In this document: in pieces, positions 18,238 through 28,570 of the stretch
How the letters are laid out: every line of letters starts with the position of its first letter
Numbering within the stretch: position 1 is the first letter of the stretch
Assembly (NCBI GenBank): GCA_965262915.1
Contig: OZ253564.1
Coordinates: 928,001 to 992,000 of the forward strand
DNA length: 64,000 bases
From: Candidatus Spongiisociaceae bacterium
Lineage (GTDB): Bacteria > Actinomycetota > Acidimicrobiia > Spongiisociales > Spongiisociaceae
Reading direction: 5' to 3'
Notes under the pieces: model-generated
Database searches by the model: none
Seen by the model: only the letters and a program-made list of their open reading frames with translations
What the model was told of the DNA's origin: nothing
Program-made: the position numbers and the translations under genes

Positions 18238-19691
18238 GCGACAACGTAGCCTTTGTCCCGATCAGTGATTTGGCGCCCCGAGTCTCGTCCCGGGAGGTCT
18301 CCCCGGTCGAGTTGGTCTCCGTGGCCCTCGAACGCATCGACACCCTCGACGCCCGGCTGCGCTCCTACATCACTGTGTTCGAAAAGGAGGCCATGGCCGC
18401 GGCCCGAGCGGCCGAAGATGCGATAGCGAGCGGTAACTATCTAGGTCCGCTCCACGGTATTCCGGTCGCGGTCAAGGACAACATCGCCGTTGCGGGATTT
18501 CCCACCACCAACGGGTCGGTTTTCTGGGAAGACCACACGACGGACTTCGATGCCGAGGTCGTGATCCGTCTCCGCCGAGCCGGGGCCATCATCCTCGGGA
18601 AGAACAACATGCACGAATGGGGTATGGGAGGTACTTGCAAAGGTATGTACTTCGGCACTGTGCGTAACCCCTGGGATCCGTCGCGCATCCCCGGCGGTTC
18701 GAGTGGCGGCTCGGCGGCGGCGGTAAGCGCCGGGATGGCCTGGGCTGCCGTCGGTACCGACGGATGGGGGTCGATCCGGACCCCGGCGTCCTACTGCGGG
18801 GTGGTCGGCTTGATGCCCACCCATGGGCTCGCCAGCCGTTTCGGGGAGTTGCCACCGACCAGCTCGTGGCATCACACCATCGGCCCGATCGCCCGCACCG
18901 TTCGGGACGTTGCAACCCTGCTCGACGCGATGGCCGGACATGACCCGAAGGATCCGACATCTATCCACTGCGGATTCGAGGGCTCCTACCGTGACGGTCT
19001 CGAATCCGGGGTCAGCGGTATGAGGGTGGGTGTGCCCACGTCGTTCTTCTTCGACGACGCGCTGCCCGAGGTGGAGGGCGCGGTTCGGAAAGCCGCCCGG
19101 ACCTTCGAGGATCTGGGTGCGGTGCTGGTTGAGGTTGACCTGTCGGCCTCCTACAACACGCCTCTGGCTTTGGCGGCCGCCCAGCACGAGTCGCAGTCCG
19201 TCCTTCTCCCATACGCCCTCGGCCATCCGGATGGTTTTGCCACCCCCGAGATCCGCTACCGCATCCTGGCCGGGGAGTTCGTCTCCGCGGCCGATCACCG
19301 GAGAGGCATGCAGGTGCGCAACGAGATGCGCACCAAGGTTATGAAAGTGTTCGAGACCGCAGATGTCGTGCTGACACCCTGCAATTCGACGGTGGCTTTC
19401 CCCATCGATGCCAGACAGGTGAGGATCGGTGACGGAACCCACGTCGATCTGGGCGATCCCGGCGGACAGAGCAGGCTCACCACCAGACTCACCCTGCCCT
19501 GGAACCTGGTCGGGGTTCCGGCCATCTCCATACCTTCCGGGAGCCACCTCGACGGCCTGCCGGTGGGGCTGCAGCTGGCCGCCGGCCCGCTGCGGGAGCC
19601 CCAGCTGCTGAGGGTCGCGGCGGCCTACGAAGCCGCGGCCGGCGGTTACCAGGTACCGGGTCTAGTGAACGCCGGTGGGCTTCCGGAGTAG
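18234..19691 (+). CDS. Amidase signature family protein (GatA/AtzE-like)
   Basis: VAVKDNI, PGGSSGGSAAAV and GTDGWGSIRTPA give the Lys-cisSer-Ser triad; GTGA overlap. Confidence 0.95.
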   Translation: MSDNVAFVPISDLAPRVSSREVSPVELVSVALERIDTLDARLRSYITVFEKEAMAAARAAEDAIASGNYLGPLHGIPVAVKDNIAVAGFPTTNGSVFWEDHTTDFDAEVVIRLRRAGAIILGKNNMHEWGMGGTCKGMYFGTVRNPWDPSRIPGGSSGGSAAAVSAGMAWAAVGTDGWGSIRTPASYCGVVGLMPTHGLASRFGELPPTSSWHHTIGPIARTVRDVATLLDAMAGHDPKDPTSIHCGFEGSYRDGLESGVSGMRVGVPTSFFFDDALPEVEGAVRKAARTFEDLGAVLVEVDLSASYNTPLALAAAQHESQSVLLPYALGHPDGFATPEIRYRILAGEFVSAADHRRGMQVRNEMRTKVMKVFETADVVLTPCNSTVAFPIDARQVRIGDGTHVDLGDPGGQSRLTTRLTLPWNLVGVPAISIPSGSHLDGLPVGLQLAAGPLREPQLLRVAAAYEAAAGGYQVPGLVNAGGLPE

Positions 19692-19695
19692 TTGG

Positions 19696-20637
19696 GTGGC
19701 CGCTCCCGTCCCGCTCCGAGTGTGTCTGTTCAATGGCGCCTCCTCGCTGCCGATCCGCATCGCCGACCATCTCGGGTTGCTGTCGGCTGCCGGCTTCGCG
19801 ACCGAACTGCACCTGACAAAGGGCTCGAAGCAGCTGATGGAGGGTCTGCTGGACGGCCGGTATGACGTGGTGCATGCCGCCCCGGACAACTTCATCGAGT
19901 GGCGAGACCGGACCGGAGCGGACATCGTGGCCTGGATCGGAGGTACCAGCGGACCGCTGCAGCTCATCGGCGCGCCCGAACTGTTGAAAGTCGATGACCT
20001 GGCCGGACACGAGATAGCGGTGGACTCGCCGACATCAGGGTTCGTCTCGGTGTTGAGAAAGATCCTCCGTGCCGGCGGTTTGGCAACCGAGGAGGTCACC
20101 TTCGTACAACGGGGAAGCACGCAGATCCGCTACGAGGTGCTGATGTCCGGTGAGACCTCTGCCACGATGCTGGCCCTGCCCTGGTCTGCCCAGGCTCTCG
20201 AGGCCGGTTTCCGCCTTCTGGGGGACAGAGATCAGGTTCTTCCCGGGATGCAGGGATCGTGCGGAGCGTCGCTCGGAACGTGGCTGGACGCGCAGCCCAA
20301 CCTGGCGGATGCTTATCTGAAGGCGTTGTGCGCCGCCATCACCTGGCTCAACCACTCCGACAATCTCGATGAGGCCAACCGATACATCTCCGAGACCTAC
20401 GACACGAGCGACGCACTCGCCGATACGATCCGGCGCTCCATCATGGATCCCCGGACCGGGTGGTCACCTTCGGCGTTCATCGATCCCGCCGGGATCGACA
20501 TCGTGTGCCAACTACGCGCCGAGAACGGTCGACCTCCTGCCGGGCCGCCCACTTCCTACTACACGCTGGACCCGTACCGCCGGGTGTTCGGATTCGGACT
20601 GACGGAGTGCATAGAACGGCGTGTCTCAGCCGTCTAG
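19696..20637 (+). CDS. SsuA/NMT1/THI5-like binding-fold protein without evident signal peptide
   Basis: LLDGRYDVVHAAPDN, DLAGHEIAVDSPTSG; GTG at 19696 after GGAG. Confidence 0.75.
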   Translation: MAAPVPLRVCLFNGASSLPIRIADHLGLLSAAGFATELHLTKGSKQLMEGLLDGRYDVVHAAPDNFIEWRDRTGADIVAWIGGTSGPLQLIGAPELLKVDDLAGHEIAVDSPTSGFVSVLRKILRAGGLATEEVTFVQRGSTQIRYEVLMSGETSATMLALPWSAQALEAGFRLLGDRDQVLPGMQGSCGASLGTWLDAQPNLADAYLKALCAAITWLNHSDNLDEANRYISETYDTSDALADTIRRSIMDPRTGWSPSAFIDPAGIDIVCQLRAENGRPPAGPPTSYYTLDPYRRVFGFGLTECIERRVSAV

Positions 20638-20665
20638 ATGGTTAATTCCAAGAAGTTAGTAGAGG

Positions 20666-20872
20666 CTCGGTTCGTACTTGGTCGTCACCTTGGCCGAGGC
20701 AAGACGCAACGTGCTCGCGGACCGAAGGGCCATCGAATTGGGCTGCGACCCGCGAGGTGGCCGCATACCGACCTCCGACCAGGCCGCGGAGAAGGTGATC
20801 GCGCTTCACGCGGCGGATTGGAAACCGGGAGGCAAAGCCGAGGCCCAATGGCGGTTGTCGCTTACCGTCTAC
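20666..20872 (+). pseudogene. Tyrosine integrase remnant (IntA/P4-like arm-binding region)
   Basis: LGSYLVVTLAEARRNVLADRRAIELGCDPRGGRIPTSDQAAEKVIALHAADWK; no start region and no catalytic domain. Confidence 0.7.
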
Positions 20873-20999
20873 ACGATTGGTCTTCCTGTCGCTCCATCCT
20901 CCCCAACAAATCAAGTCGCCGAAGTAACCGGTGCGGTTCAAACCTTCCATTGTTGTTATCGAATTGTGAGCACATCGAGGATGCCTTGCAGTCCTGGTG

Positions 21000-21395
21000 C
21001 TAGTGTCCTGAATCAGAAAATCGTTACAGATACCCGGAAGCGGGCTGAGCAACCCACCCGCCCGATTCCCAATAACGAGAACGCCGAAAAACGCCCGAAC
21101 GGACCACTTCCGTGGGCCCGCCCCCGCCGCCACCTCCATCGGTCCCCGACCGCGCTCCCCTCATCCCCCGGGAGGGTCGGCGCGAAGCATTGTGATCCCT
21201 GCCCCGGTCCGCTTGACGTCGGAACCGAACCGGTGGTGTATACGGCTATCAAACATTATACAACGTGGGTGTGACAGGATCAACCCTTTCGTGGCAGCCG
21301 GTTACCTGGAGAGGGAGGACCGGGGTCCGGTCGGGGCCGTCGGCAGTCCGATGAAGCTGTATTCACCACAACGAACTTGAGATTCGGGACACTAG
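21000..21395. mobile_element. IS630-derived MITE (non-autonomous)
   Basis: CTAGTGTCCTGAATC ... GATTCGGGACACTAG, 14/15 inverted match and nearly the same as the IS630 ends at 33454 and 34629; no transposase. Confidence 0.7.
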
Positions 21396-21532
21396 AAGCT
21401 CGTACTGCAAAAGGCATGGTCCTCCGTAAACCTGTATAGTGAACCGCCATGGCTTCGTCGGGTTCGCGGACGCATGCCGACACACGGTGCCACACATCCA
21501 CGACGGCGCCGGACTTCAACTTGGAGGAGAGT

Positions 21533-22921
21533 ATGAGAAGCATTGCACGTCAGAACAAGGGGTGGGTTGCACTCACCGTTGTACTCGTCCTGATCGCCGC
21601 TGCGTGCGGAGGCGACGACGCTCCGGCGACGACCGCGGCCACAACTGCGGCGCCCACCACTGCAGCGACGACGGCCGCACCCACGACGGCCGTTGCAGGA
21701 CCAACGGGCGAGATAACGGTGGCTGTCCACCCTGACTGGGACTTCATACGTGACGGCGCCGACCAATACATGGCCGCGAACCCGGGGACCACGATCATTC
21801 TGGAGTCCATAGTCGGCGGAAACGACTATTTCCCGACCTTGCCGCGGATTCTCTCGACTGACGAGGCACCGGACGTGACCGTGCTCCAGGTAGGATTCGC
21901 CGGAACCTGGGAAGACCTCGTGAATACGGGGACTCTGGCGGATCTCAGCGGCGTATACGCTGAGGATGGCCTTGAGGACGCCTTTCTCGGTCCCGTGGTT
22001 GCGACCTACACCGATGCAGATGGAGGGCATTCTGCGATAAACGTCGGGCTCAACTGGATTCCGGTCGTCTATTACAACGAGGACATGTTCACCGACCTTG
22101 GGATTGAGGCTCCCGATGGCGGTCGAGTCGCCTCAATGGAAGACTGGTATGCAATCACGGATGCTCTGAAGGATGCGGGTAAGACACCCCTAGCGCTAGC
22201 CGTCAGCGGATTCAGAGCCACAATGTGGTTTACGGGCCAGTATATGGCGAGCAACTGCGGGACCGAATGGGCTCTGGCGCTGGAGCAAGGGTGGCTGCCC
22301 GGAGCAACTCCAACAGCTAGGTTCACGGATGCCTGCGCCGTAGAAGCATTTGAGGTCATTAATACCGATTGGAATGATCGGGGAGTCTACGGAGATTCTC
22401 CGTCGACCGTGACTCGGGATATCGGCCAGACCCTGTTCTTCACGGAAGAAGCAGGGATGTTCATGAGCGGCAGCTGGGAGGTGGCGGCAATTAACGCCGC
22501 GGACCTGCCCTTCGACGGGAGTTGGCTGCTGTTGCCTTCGTTGGCAGTTGAGCCGACCCATTTCCAGTTGGCAACGATTGACGGCTTGGGAGTTGCAGCC
22601 AATAGCGACAATCCAGAGTTGGCCGCAGACTTCATTTCCTACATTGCCGGCGCGGAATTTCAGACATATATGGCCCAGTACTCCCGGTTCTCGGGCCGGA
22701 AAGATGTTGTCCCGGATCCAGCGACGGTTCCCCCACTTGCCCTGAGTCAACTCGCAGCACTTGATGAGTTCGCGGGTCAGCCGGCACCGAACACGTTGCT
22801 ACACATCCGGCTTCGAGATCGAATTGCGGAAGGCTGGGTGGAGATGCTGGTAGGGACGACAACTGCCACGGAGCTCGCTGCGGATCTAGAGCGCATTGCA
22901 GATGAGCTCAGGGCGGGTTAG
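21533..22921 (+). CDS. Carbohydrate ABC transporter substrate-binding lipoprotein
   Basis: GGAGG RBS, lipobox IAAAC, TTAAP linker, VYYNEDMF and MFMSGSW. Confidence 0.9.
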   Translation: MRSIARQNKGWVALTVVLVLIAAACGGDDAPATTAATTAAPTTAATTAAPTTAVAGPTGEITVAVHPDWDFIRDGADQYMAANPGTTIILESIVGGNDYFPTLPRILSTDEAPDVTVLQVGFAGTWEDLVNTGTLADLSGVYAEDGLEDAFLGPVVATYTDADGGHSAINVGLNWIPVVYYNEDMFTDLGIEAPDGGRVASMEDWYAITDALKDAGKTPLALAVSGFRATMWFTGQYMASNCGTEWALALEQGWLPGATPTARFTDACAVEAFEVINTDWNDRGVYGDSPSTVTRDIGQTLFFTEEAGMFMSGSWEVAAINAADLPFDGSWLLLPSLAVEPTHFQLATIDGLGVAANSDNPELAADFISYIAGAEFQTYMAQYSRFSGRKDVVPDPATVPPLALSQLAALDEFAGQPAPNTLLHIRLRDRIAEGWVEMLVGTTTATELAADLERIADELRAG

Positions 22922-22960
22922 GAGACGGCTAACTACCAGCGTACCGGAACTCAGATGTAA

Positions 22961-23887
22961 TTGGTGATTTCGCCTTCTCGCCAAACTAGTCGGACACCTC
23001 CACCCAGTGGAGGTGTCCGACGTTGGCCGGTGTGGCTCGTGTTTGCCCTACCCGCCGTCTCTCTGTCGGCCTTCCTTCTCTTATATCCATTCCTAGATTC
23101 GGCGCGAATCTCATTGCTCGATTGGACAGGCGCCGGTCAGGGGACCTTTGTCGGACTTGACAATTACTCCGACCTGGCACGTGACCCAATTGCTAGATTG
23201 GCGATTCGGAATACCCTCGTCTATTCAATTGGAATGACGATCGGAACTGTCGGGATAGGCGGTGCCATCGCTTTAGCGATCGACCGGAGAATCCCAGGCT
23301 CGTCCGCATTCAAATTCCTTATCTTCCTGCCTGTATTGCTGCCGATCGTCTTCACCAGTCTTGTGTGGGCCTTCTTCCTTGATGGTAACTTCGGGGGGAT
23401 CAACGACATTCTTGGATGGATACATCCGGCCCTTCCGCGCCCCTGGCTTGGCGATCCTGCCACGGTCAACATCATGATCATTCTTGTTAGTGTTCTCCAG
23501 TTCACCGGCTTTCCGATGGTTATACTGATCGCTGCATTGCGGGATATACCGCGCGCCATCCATGAGGCCGCGACCATTGATGGAGTATCCGCACTGCAGC
23601 GTGTTCGACACATCAGCATTCCGTCTATCCGAGATGTCATTGCAACTATTACCCTCATCCAGTTCATGTTTGGCTTTCGAGTATTCGATCAGGTTTTTGT
23701 CATGACTCGAGGCGGGCCGGGCCGCCTCTCGGAAGTCGCAGCGACGTTTGTCTGGCGCGAGGCGTTCGTCAACAGAAGGTTCGGCTACGCAACAGCCCAG
23801 GCGATTGTTACGAGTTTGGTCATAGCCATAATATCAATGGCTTATCTCACCATTCTTAGGCCAAGACGCCTTGAGCAAGCCGGATAG
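22961..23887 (+). CDS. Carbohydrate ABC transporter permease
   Basis: FVGLDNY, EAATIDG and VMTRGGPG. Confidence 0.92.
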   Translation: MVISPSRQTSRTPPPSGGVRRWPVWLVFALPAVSLSAFLLLYPFLDSARISLLDWTGAGQGTFVGLDNYSDLARDPIARLAIRNTLVYSIGMTIGTVGIGGAIALAIDRRIPGSSAFKFLIFLPVLLPIVFTSLVWAFFLDGNFGGINDILGWIHPALPRPWLGDPATVNIMIILVSVLQFTGFPMVILIAALRDIPRAIHEAATIDGVSALQRVRHISIPSIRDVIATITLIQFMFGFRVFDQVFVMTRGGPGRLSEVAATFVWREAFVNRRFGYATAQAIVTSLVIAIISMAYLTILRPRRLEQAG

Positions 23888-23898
23888 CGCCTACTAAC

Positions 23899-24750
23899 AT
23901 GTCGCAACGATGGAGCATACCAGCAAGTGTCCTCAAGGTTCTCGGCTTCGCTTGCCTAGTTCTATGGACCTTGGCGACGATCGTACCGGTCCTAGGAAGC
24001 TTGCTCTCCTCGGTCAAGTCACAGACTGAGATCATCGCCGAACCACTGAACTCCCCATCGAGACTCCTCTTTGACAACTACGGCAGAGCTTGGGAGGGCA
24101 CCAACCTTGGGGAGCCATTGGTTGTATTTGCACGCAACAGCGTCATCGCAACCAGCGTAGGAGTTGTGCTCGGGGTTGGAGCGGGCGTGCTTGCCGGATA
24201 TGCGATCGCCAGAAGCCGAACAAGGTTCGGTGGGCTCCTGAATCGCTATTTCGTCCTCCTGATCACACTGCCGTTCATAGTGACATGGATACCGCTCTTC
24301 GTACTCTCAGACCGCCTTGGGGTCCTGAGCAACCCGTTAGTACTTGGCGTGATGTACGGTGCCCGGCTCATTCCTTTCGCGGCCGTCATGATGCGCGCCT
24401 ACTTTTCCTCGTTTCCTCTGGACCTTATCGAAGCGGCTCAGATCGATGGAGCGACCGAGTTCTCGGCCTTCCGGCGCATCGTATTGCCGCTATCCTGGGG
24501 AGGTGTGCTCGCAATTGCCCTCGTTCAAGTCATCTTTATTTGGAATGAACTCGGACTCGGACAAGTTCTCTTGTTGAGTCCCGATAGCCGAACACTACCG
24601 GTTGGATTGACACAATTTCGAGGCCAGTATGGTGCTGACTATGGGGCACTCTTCGCTTCGCTCGTGCTCACTATATCTCCGATAATAGTCCTCTATACCT
24701 TCACTGAGAGAAGACTTACGGAGGGCCTCCGAATAGGAGCCATAAAGTGA
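23899..24750 (+). CDS. Carbohydrate ABC transporter permease
   Basis: EAAQIDGA, WNE, TLPVGL and C-terminal GAIK. Confidence 0.92.
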   Translation: MSQRWSIPASVLKVLGFACLVLWTLATIVPVLGSLLSSVKSQTEIIAEPLNSPSRLLFDNYGRAWEGTNLGEPLVVFARNSVIATSVGVVLGVGAGVLAGYAIARSRTRFGGLLNRYFVLLITLPFIVTWIPLFVLSDRLGVLSNPLVLGVMYGARLIPFAAVMMRAYFSSFPLDLIEAAQIDGATEFSAFRRIVLPLSWGGVLAIALVQVIFIWNELGLGQVLLLSPDSRTLPVGLTQFRGQYGADYGALFASLVLTISPIIVLYTFTERRLTEGLRIGAIK

Positions 24751-24859
24751 CAAGTCATATAGATCATGGACTCTGTGGCCCTGGGCTAGGGAGAATACCT
24801 GACTCGACCAAAGTTTACCCAGGACCTTCACAAGGGTACTCATCTAGATACGTCTACGT

Positions 24860-25400
24860 TTTGGCATCCTTATCCGACGCCGCTTGGTCGAGTAAGGAAG
24901 CACCGTGAAAACAATTGCAGTCAACAACGCTAGTCGCCTCTTCGGAACCGCTGGTGTCTACTTCGGCGTCGAAGGGCCTTCAAGACCGTTGTTGCCGGTT
25001 CCTTCGGAATCCGTTGGGGTGAGGTTCTTGTCACAACCAAGTTCGGAGAACTCCATCCCGAGGGTGACGAAGGCTCGTGAGGCATCCACCGCGATTGATC
25101 AAACCGCTGTGGAGAACAGTCTTCGGCGGTTCGAAACAGAGTGGATCGATCTCTATCAACTCCGTGTGCCCGATCCATCGCGGCCGTGGAGGAGCCTCTT
25201 TGGTTCGGCTCAAGAACTTGTGGATACCCACAAGTGCGAGAGATCGGGAACGCTGGAGTCAACGTGGAACAGATGAAATACGCAGATCAGGCCGCCAGCG
25301 ACAGTGCCCAGGCAAGAGTCGGTACGAGGCAGTTCGAATGGGACCTGCTCACCTGGAGCGCGATGGCTCCAGAGGACGGTGCGCTGATGACGCGCTGATG
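24860..25400 (+). pseudogene. Fragmented aldo/keto reductase
   Basis: Motif pieces in different frames: EVLVTTKFG (25021), ENSLRRFETEWIDLYQL and VREIG; limits approximate. Confidence 0.7.
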
Positions 25401-25613
25401 ACGAACCGTCCCCTCGACGTGCGCCTCGACAGTGCTGGGGAGGGTCGACATGGTCTTTGCAAGCAGGCCGCCTAGGTCCTGTTCGATGTGAGACGGCGTA
25501 CCACGTGAGGGGTCATCGACCCCCAGCCCGGTGTCAGCGATAGCCACTTTGGCTATAGGTCCGGCGCAGCCTGGTCCGCGTCTGCAACGGTTTTCCTAGA
25601 GGAGGGATTCATC

Positions 25614-26663
25614 GTGGGAACACAGTCAATGGGGGTGGGTATTCTTGGCGCGGGGGAGGTCGCGAGTCAATATGTGCGGAACTTGGTGGCTAGCGATGAG
25701 ATTGAACTGATCGGTGTTGGCGACCTAAACTACCGCGCGGCTGAGCAGTTGGCTCAGAAGTATCACATCCCTAAGGTGTTCTCTGGTGAAGATATCCTTG
25801 GCTGCAAGGAGATCGAGCTTGTCGTCAATCTTACGCCTATTCAATCTCACTTCGAGACAAATCTACGTATCTTAGAATCCGGAAAGCATGTCTATAGCGA
25901 GAAACCTCTTGCGTTAACTACAAGGAGTTCCGCCGCATTGCTGGCGACCGCGGAGCAATCAGGGTTGAGCGTCGGTTGCGCACCGGACACAGTACTCGGT
26001 CCCGGGTTCCAAGCCGGTCGCCGAGCAATAGATCGGGGCTTAATCGGTAAGCCTCTTTTGGGGTTTGCCTCCATGTTGCGGCCTTTACCTGTGCTCGAAC
26101 GAAACCGCACCGGAGCGATTCCGCTCTTTGACATGGCGCCATATTATCTTTCCGCGCTTGTAAATCTCTTTGGTTCTGCCACATGGGTGTCGGGGATCAC
26201 GCGACTTTCTTCTGTCGCACCACGGACGGATCAGTCGGCGATTTTTACTTCCTGCAGTATAAGGTTTATGGACGATGTTCTGTGCACACTAACGCTACGC
26301 TGGGGTGACACGCCTTCAGACGAAGTTCCGATTCTGCAAATATTCGGTACCCAGGGGGTGCTCTGCCTGCCCAATCCCGACACGTTCTCGGCTTTTGCTC
26401 GCTGGCGGAGGCATGGCGAACTCTCTTGGCATCGGGTCGCGGAAGCGCACGGACATGGTAATGATACTCCGAATCTACGCGGGATCGGAGTCGCAGATAT
26501 GGCGCAGGCTATACGTCAGGGGAGGACTCCGCGTTCGGCGCCCGATGTCGCCCTTCATGTAGTCGAAATTCTTGAAACGTTGAGTCTGACTGACCCTAGT
26601 ACCGATGGTGTGGGCGGTCGCCTACAAACGGCTTGCAGCAAGCCAAGCCTGTTGCGGTCCTGA
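25614..26663 (+). CDS. Gfo/Idh/MocA family oxidoreductase
   Basis: VGILGAG, GKHVYSEKPLA, GCAPDTVLG and DMAPYY. Confidence 0.92.
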   Translation: MGTQSMGVGILGAGEVASQYVRNLVASDEIELIGVGDLNYRAAEQLAQKYHIPKVFSGEDILGCKEIELVVNLTPIQSHFETNLRILESGKHVYSEKPLALTTRSSAALLATAEQSGLSVGCAPDTVLGPGFQAGRRAIDRGLIGKPLLGFASMLRPLPVLERNRTGAIPLFDMAPYYLSALVNLFGSATWVSGITRLSSVAPRTDQSAIFTSCSIRFMDDVLCTLTLRWGDTPSDEVPILQIFGTQGVLCLPNPDTFSAFARWRRHGELSWHRVAEAHGHGNDTPNLRGIGVADMAQAIRQGRTPRSAPDVALHVVEILETLSLTDPSTDGVGGRLQTACSKPSLLRS

Positions 26664-26708
26664 ATGCGGGTTGAGGTCGGTGGAAATCGCGACAGAGGAA
26701 CTTCTTCG

Positions 26709-26850
26709 ATGGGAGATTGGTTGAGGGTGGGCTGTGTTCGTGAGGCATGGCGTCGTTTCAATATTTCTGAAGATACAGTGCTGTCAGAGATAGCACTGGC
26801 GGGTTACGAGGGAATTCCGCTCGCGCTCGCGAGGTACGAGCAGGCAGATC
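26709..26850 (+). pseudogene. N-terminal remnant of a sugar-phosphate isomerase/epimerase (IolE-like)
   Basis: LRVGC...W...EDTVLSEIALAGYEG, after which similarity is lost. Confidence 0.4.
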
Positions 26851-27046
26851 AAGAACGTCATCGATCCCTGGGCGAATCAGAGCCGTCGGACACGTTTCTG
26901 AACTCGACGATGGGAGGGAGAGGATCGCAAAGACGAGCCAGATGCAAGGGATATATCATATGTGGCCGGAGAGTACGACGGGTTCCGGAGAATCCGCAGC
27001 AGTCGGGCCGCGTGGCGGCGTCGGCCGCTCGGAAGGAGAGAGCACA

Positions 27047-28315
27047 ATGAGCGATCAGATGGGGTTCAGCGAGTTCCCTGTGGCGACCAGCCCCTCTCCG
27101 GGGGTCATGGCCGTCGACTGGGAAGAACGCGTCAACTACGAACGGCTTCGCTCCTACCGGCTCGACCGTGTACGAAAGGCACTCGATGCCTCCGAGCTCG
27201 GGGCCTTACTCGTCTTCGATACCGCCAACATCCGCTATCTGACGGCGACGCACATCGGGTATTGGGCTTTCAACAAGATGGAGCGATGGGGACTCATCAC
27301 CCGCAACGGCGATCCGTGGATCTGGGACTTCGGTTCGGCGGCAAGGGTGCACAAACTGCAGGCGCCGTGGCTCAACCCCGAGCAATCCATCGGTGGCAAC
27401 ACCGGACTTGCCGGGTCCATCGCCCCCACGTCGGGCCTGGTGACGCGGGCCGCTGAGGAGATCAAAGGCGTTCTCGAAGATGAGGGAGTCGCCGAGATGC
27501 CACTCGGCGTTGACATGGCCGAGACCGAGATGTTCCTTGAGTTGACCAGGGCCGGGATCGACGTGCGCAACGGGCAGCAAACCATGCTCAAGGCCCGTGA
27601 GATCAAGTCGGAGGATGAGCTGATGCTGCTGACGCAGGCATCGGCGATGGTCGACGGCGTTTACCAGGACATCTACGAAGCCCTCAAGCCTGGGGTTCGG
27701 GAAAGCGATATCGTCGCATTGGCCATCGCTCGTCTGCACGAGATGGGCTCGGAGCAGGTTGAGGCCGTCAACTCGATCGCTGGAGAGCGCTGCAGCCCTC
27801 ACCCGCACGTATTCTCCGATCGGCTCATCCGCCCTGGGGACACCGCCTACTTCGACATCATCCACTCGTTCAACGGATATCGCACGTGCTACTACCGCAC
27901 CTTTGCGGTCGGCAGGGCAACCCAGGCCCAGCGCGACGCGTACAAACAGGCCCGGGAGTGGATGGACGTTGCTCTCGCCATGGTGAAGCCCGGCGTGACG
28001 ACGGACGAGATTGCCAAGCTGTGGCCCAAGGCCGAGGAGTTCGGCTTTCAGAACGAGATGGAGGCCTTCGGCCTGCAGTTCGGTCACGGAGTCGGCGTAG
28101 CGGTCCACGAGCGACCGGTTATCAGCCGGCTCAACTCGCTCGACGACCCCATCGAGCTGCAGGAGGGCATGTTCTTCGCACTGGAGACATTCTGTCCCGC
28201 GGCCGATGGACGCTCGGCGGCCCGCATCGAGGAGCAGGTGATCTGCACGCCCGAAGGACCCAAGGTCGTAACCCTGTTCCCCGCAGAGGAGTTGATGGTT
28301 GCCAACGCGTACTAG
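27047..28315 (+). CDS. M24 family Xaa-Pro peptidase/creatinase-like protein
   Basis: NIRYLT, AREIKS, FDI...GYRTCYYRTF, GHGVG...HERP and ARIEE; AAGGAGAG RBS. Confidence 0.92.
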   Translation: MSDQMGFSEFPVATSPSPGVMAVDWEERVNYERLRSYRLDRVRKALDASELGALLVFDTANIRYLTATHIGYWAFNKMERWGLITRNGDPWIWDFGSAARVHKLQAPWLNPEQSIGGNTGLAGSIAPTSGLVTRAAEEIKGVLEDEGVAEMPLGVDMAETEMFLELTRAGIDVRNGQQTMLKAREIKSEDELMLLTQASAMVDGVYQDIYEALKPGVRESDIVALAIARLHEMGSEQVEAVNSIAGERCSPHPHVFSDRLIRPGDTAYFDIIHSFNGYRTCYYRTFAVGRATQAQRDAYKQAREWMDVALAMVKPGVTTDEIAKLWPKAEEFGFQNEMEAFGLQFGHGVGVAVHERPVISRLNSLDDPIELQEGMFFALETFCPAADGRSAARIEEQVICTPEGPKVVTLFPAEELMVANAY

Positions 28316-28344
28316 ACAACCCACGTTCCGACCGAAAGGCATGG

Positions 28345-28542
28345 ATGACCACGGGGCCGACCGCCGCCATCGACGAGCAAACCCAGATGAGGCCATACCG
28401 CATGATGGTGGAGGCGCGCGGCCTGGAGCAGCGTGCGTGCGACCTGTTCATGCAGGGGCTCGTCAAGTGGGAGGGGCTCCGGTGTGCGCTCGAAGAGATG
28501 ACGGAGCCCCGCATCTTCATCTTCTCGGACGTCCGACGATGA
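28345..28542 (+). pseudogene. Deletion chimera: TPP-dependent dehydrogenase E1-alpha N-terminus fused to aldehyde dehydrogenase C-terminus
   Basis: YRMMVEARGLEQRACDLFMQGLVK joined to EGLRCALEEMTEPRIFIF. Confidence 0.6.
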
Positions 28543-28570
28543 TCGGTCTACCGAGTTGGGGTGACTCTGC

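Noticed and set aside
20678-21274. 198-aa ORF as an intact gene
   Set aside because: Only the first ~65 codons look like an integrase; the rest runs through the MITE
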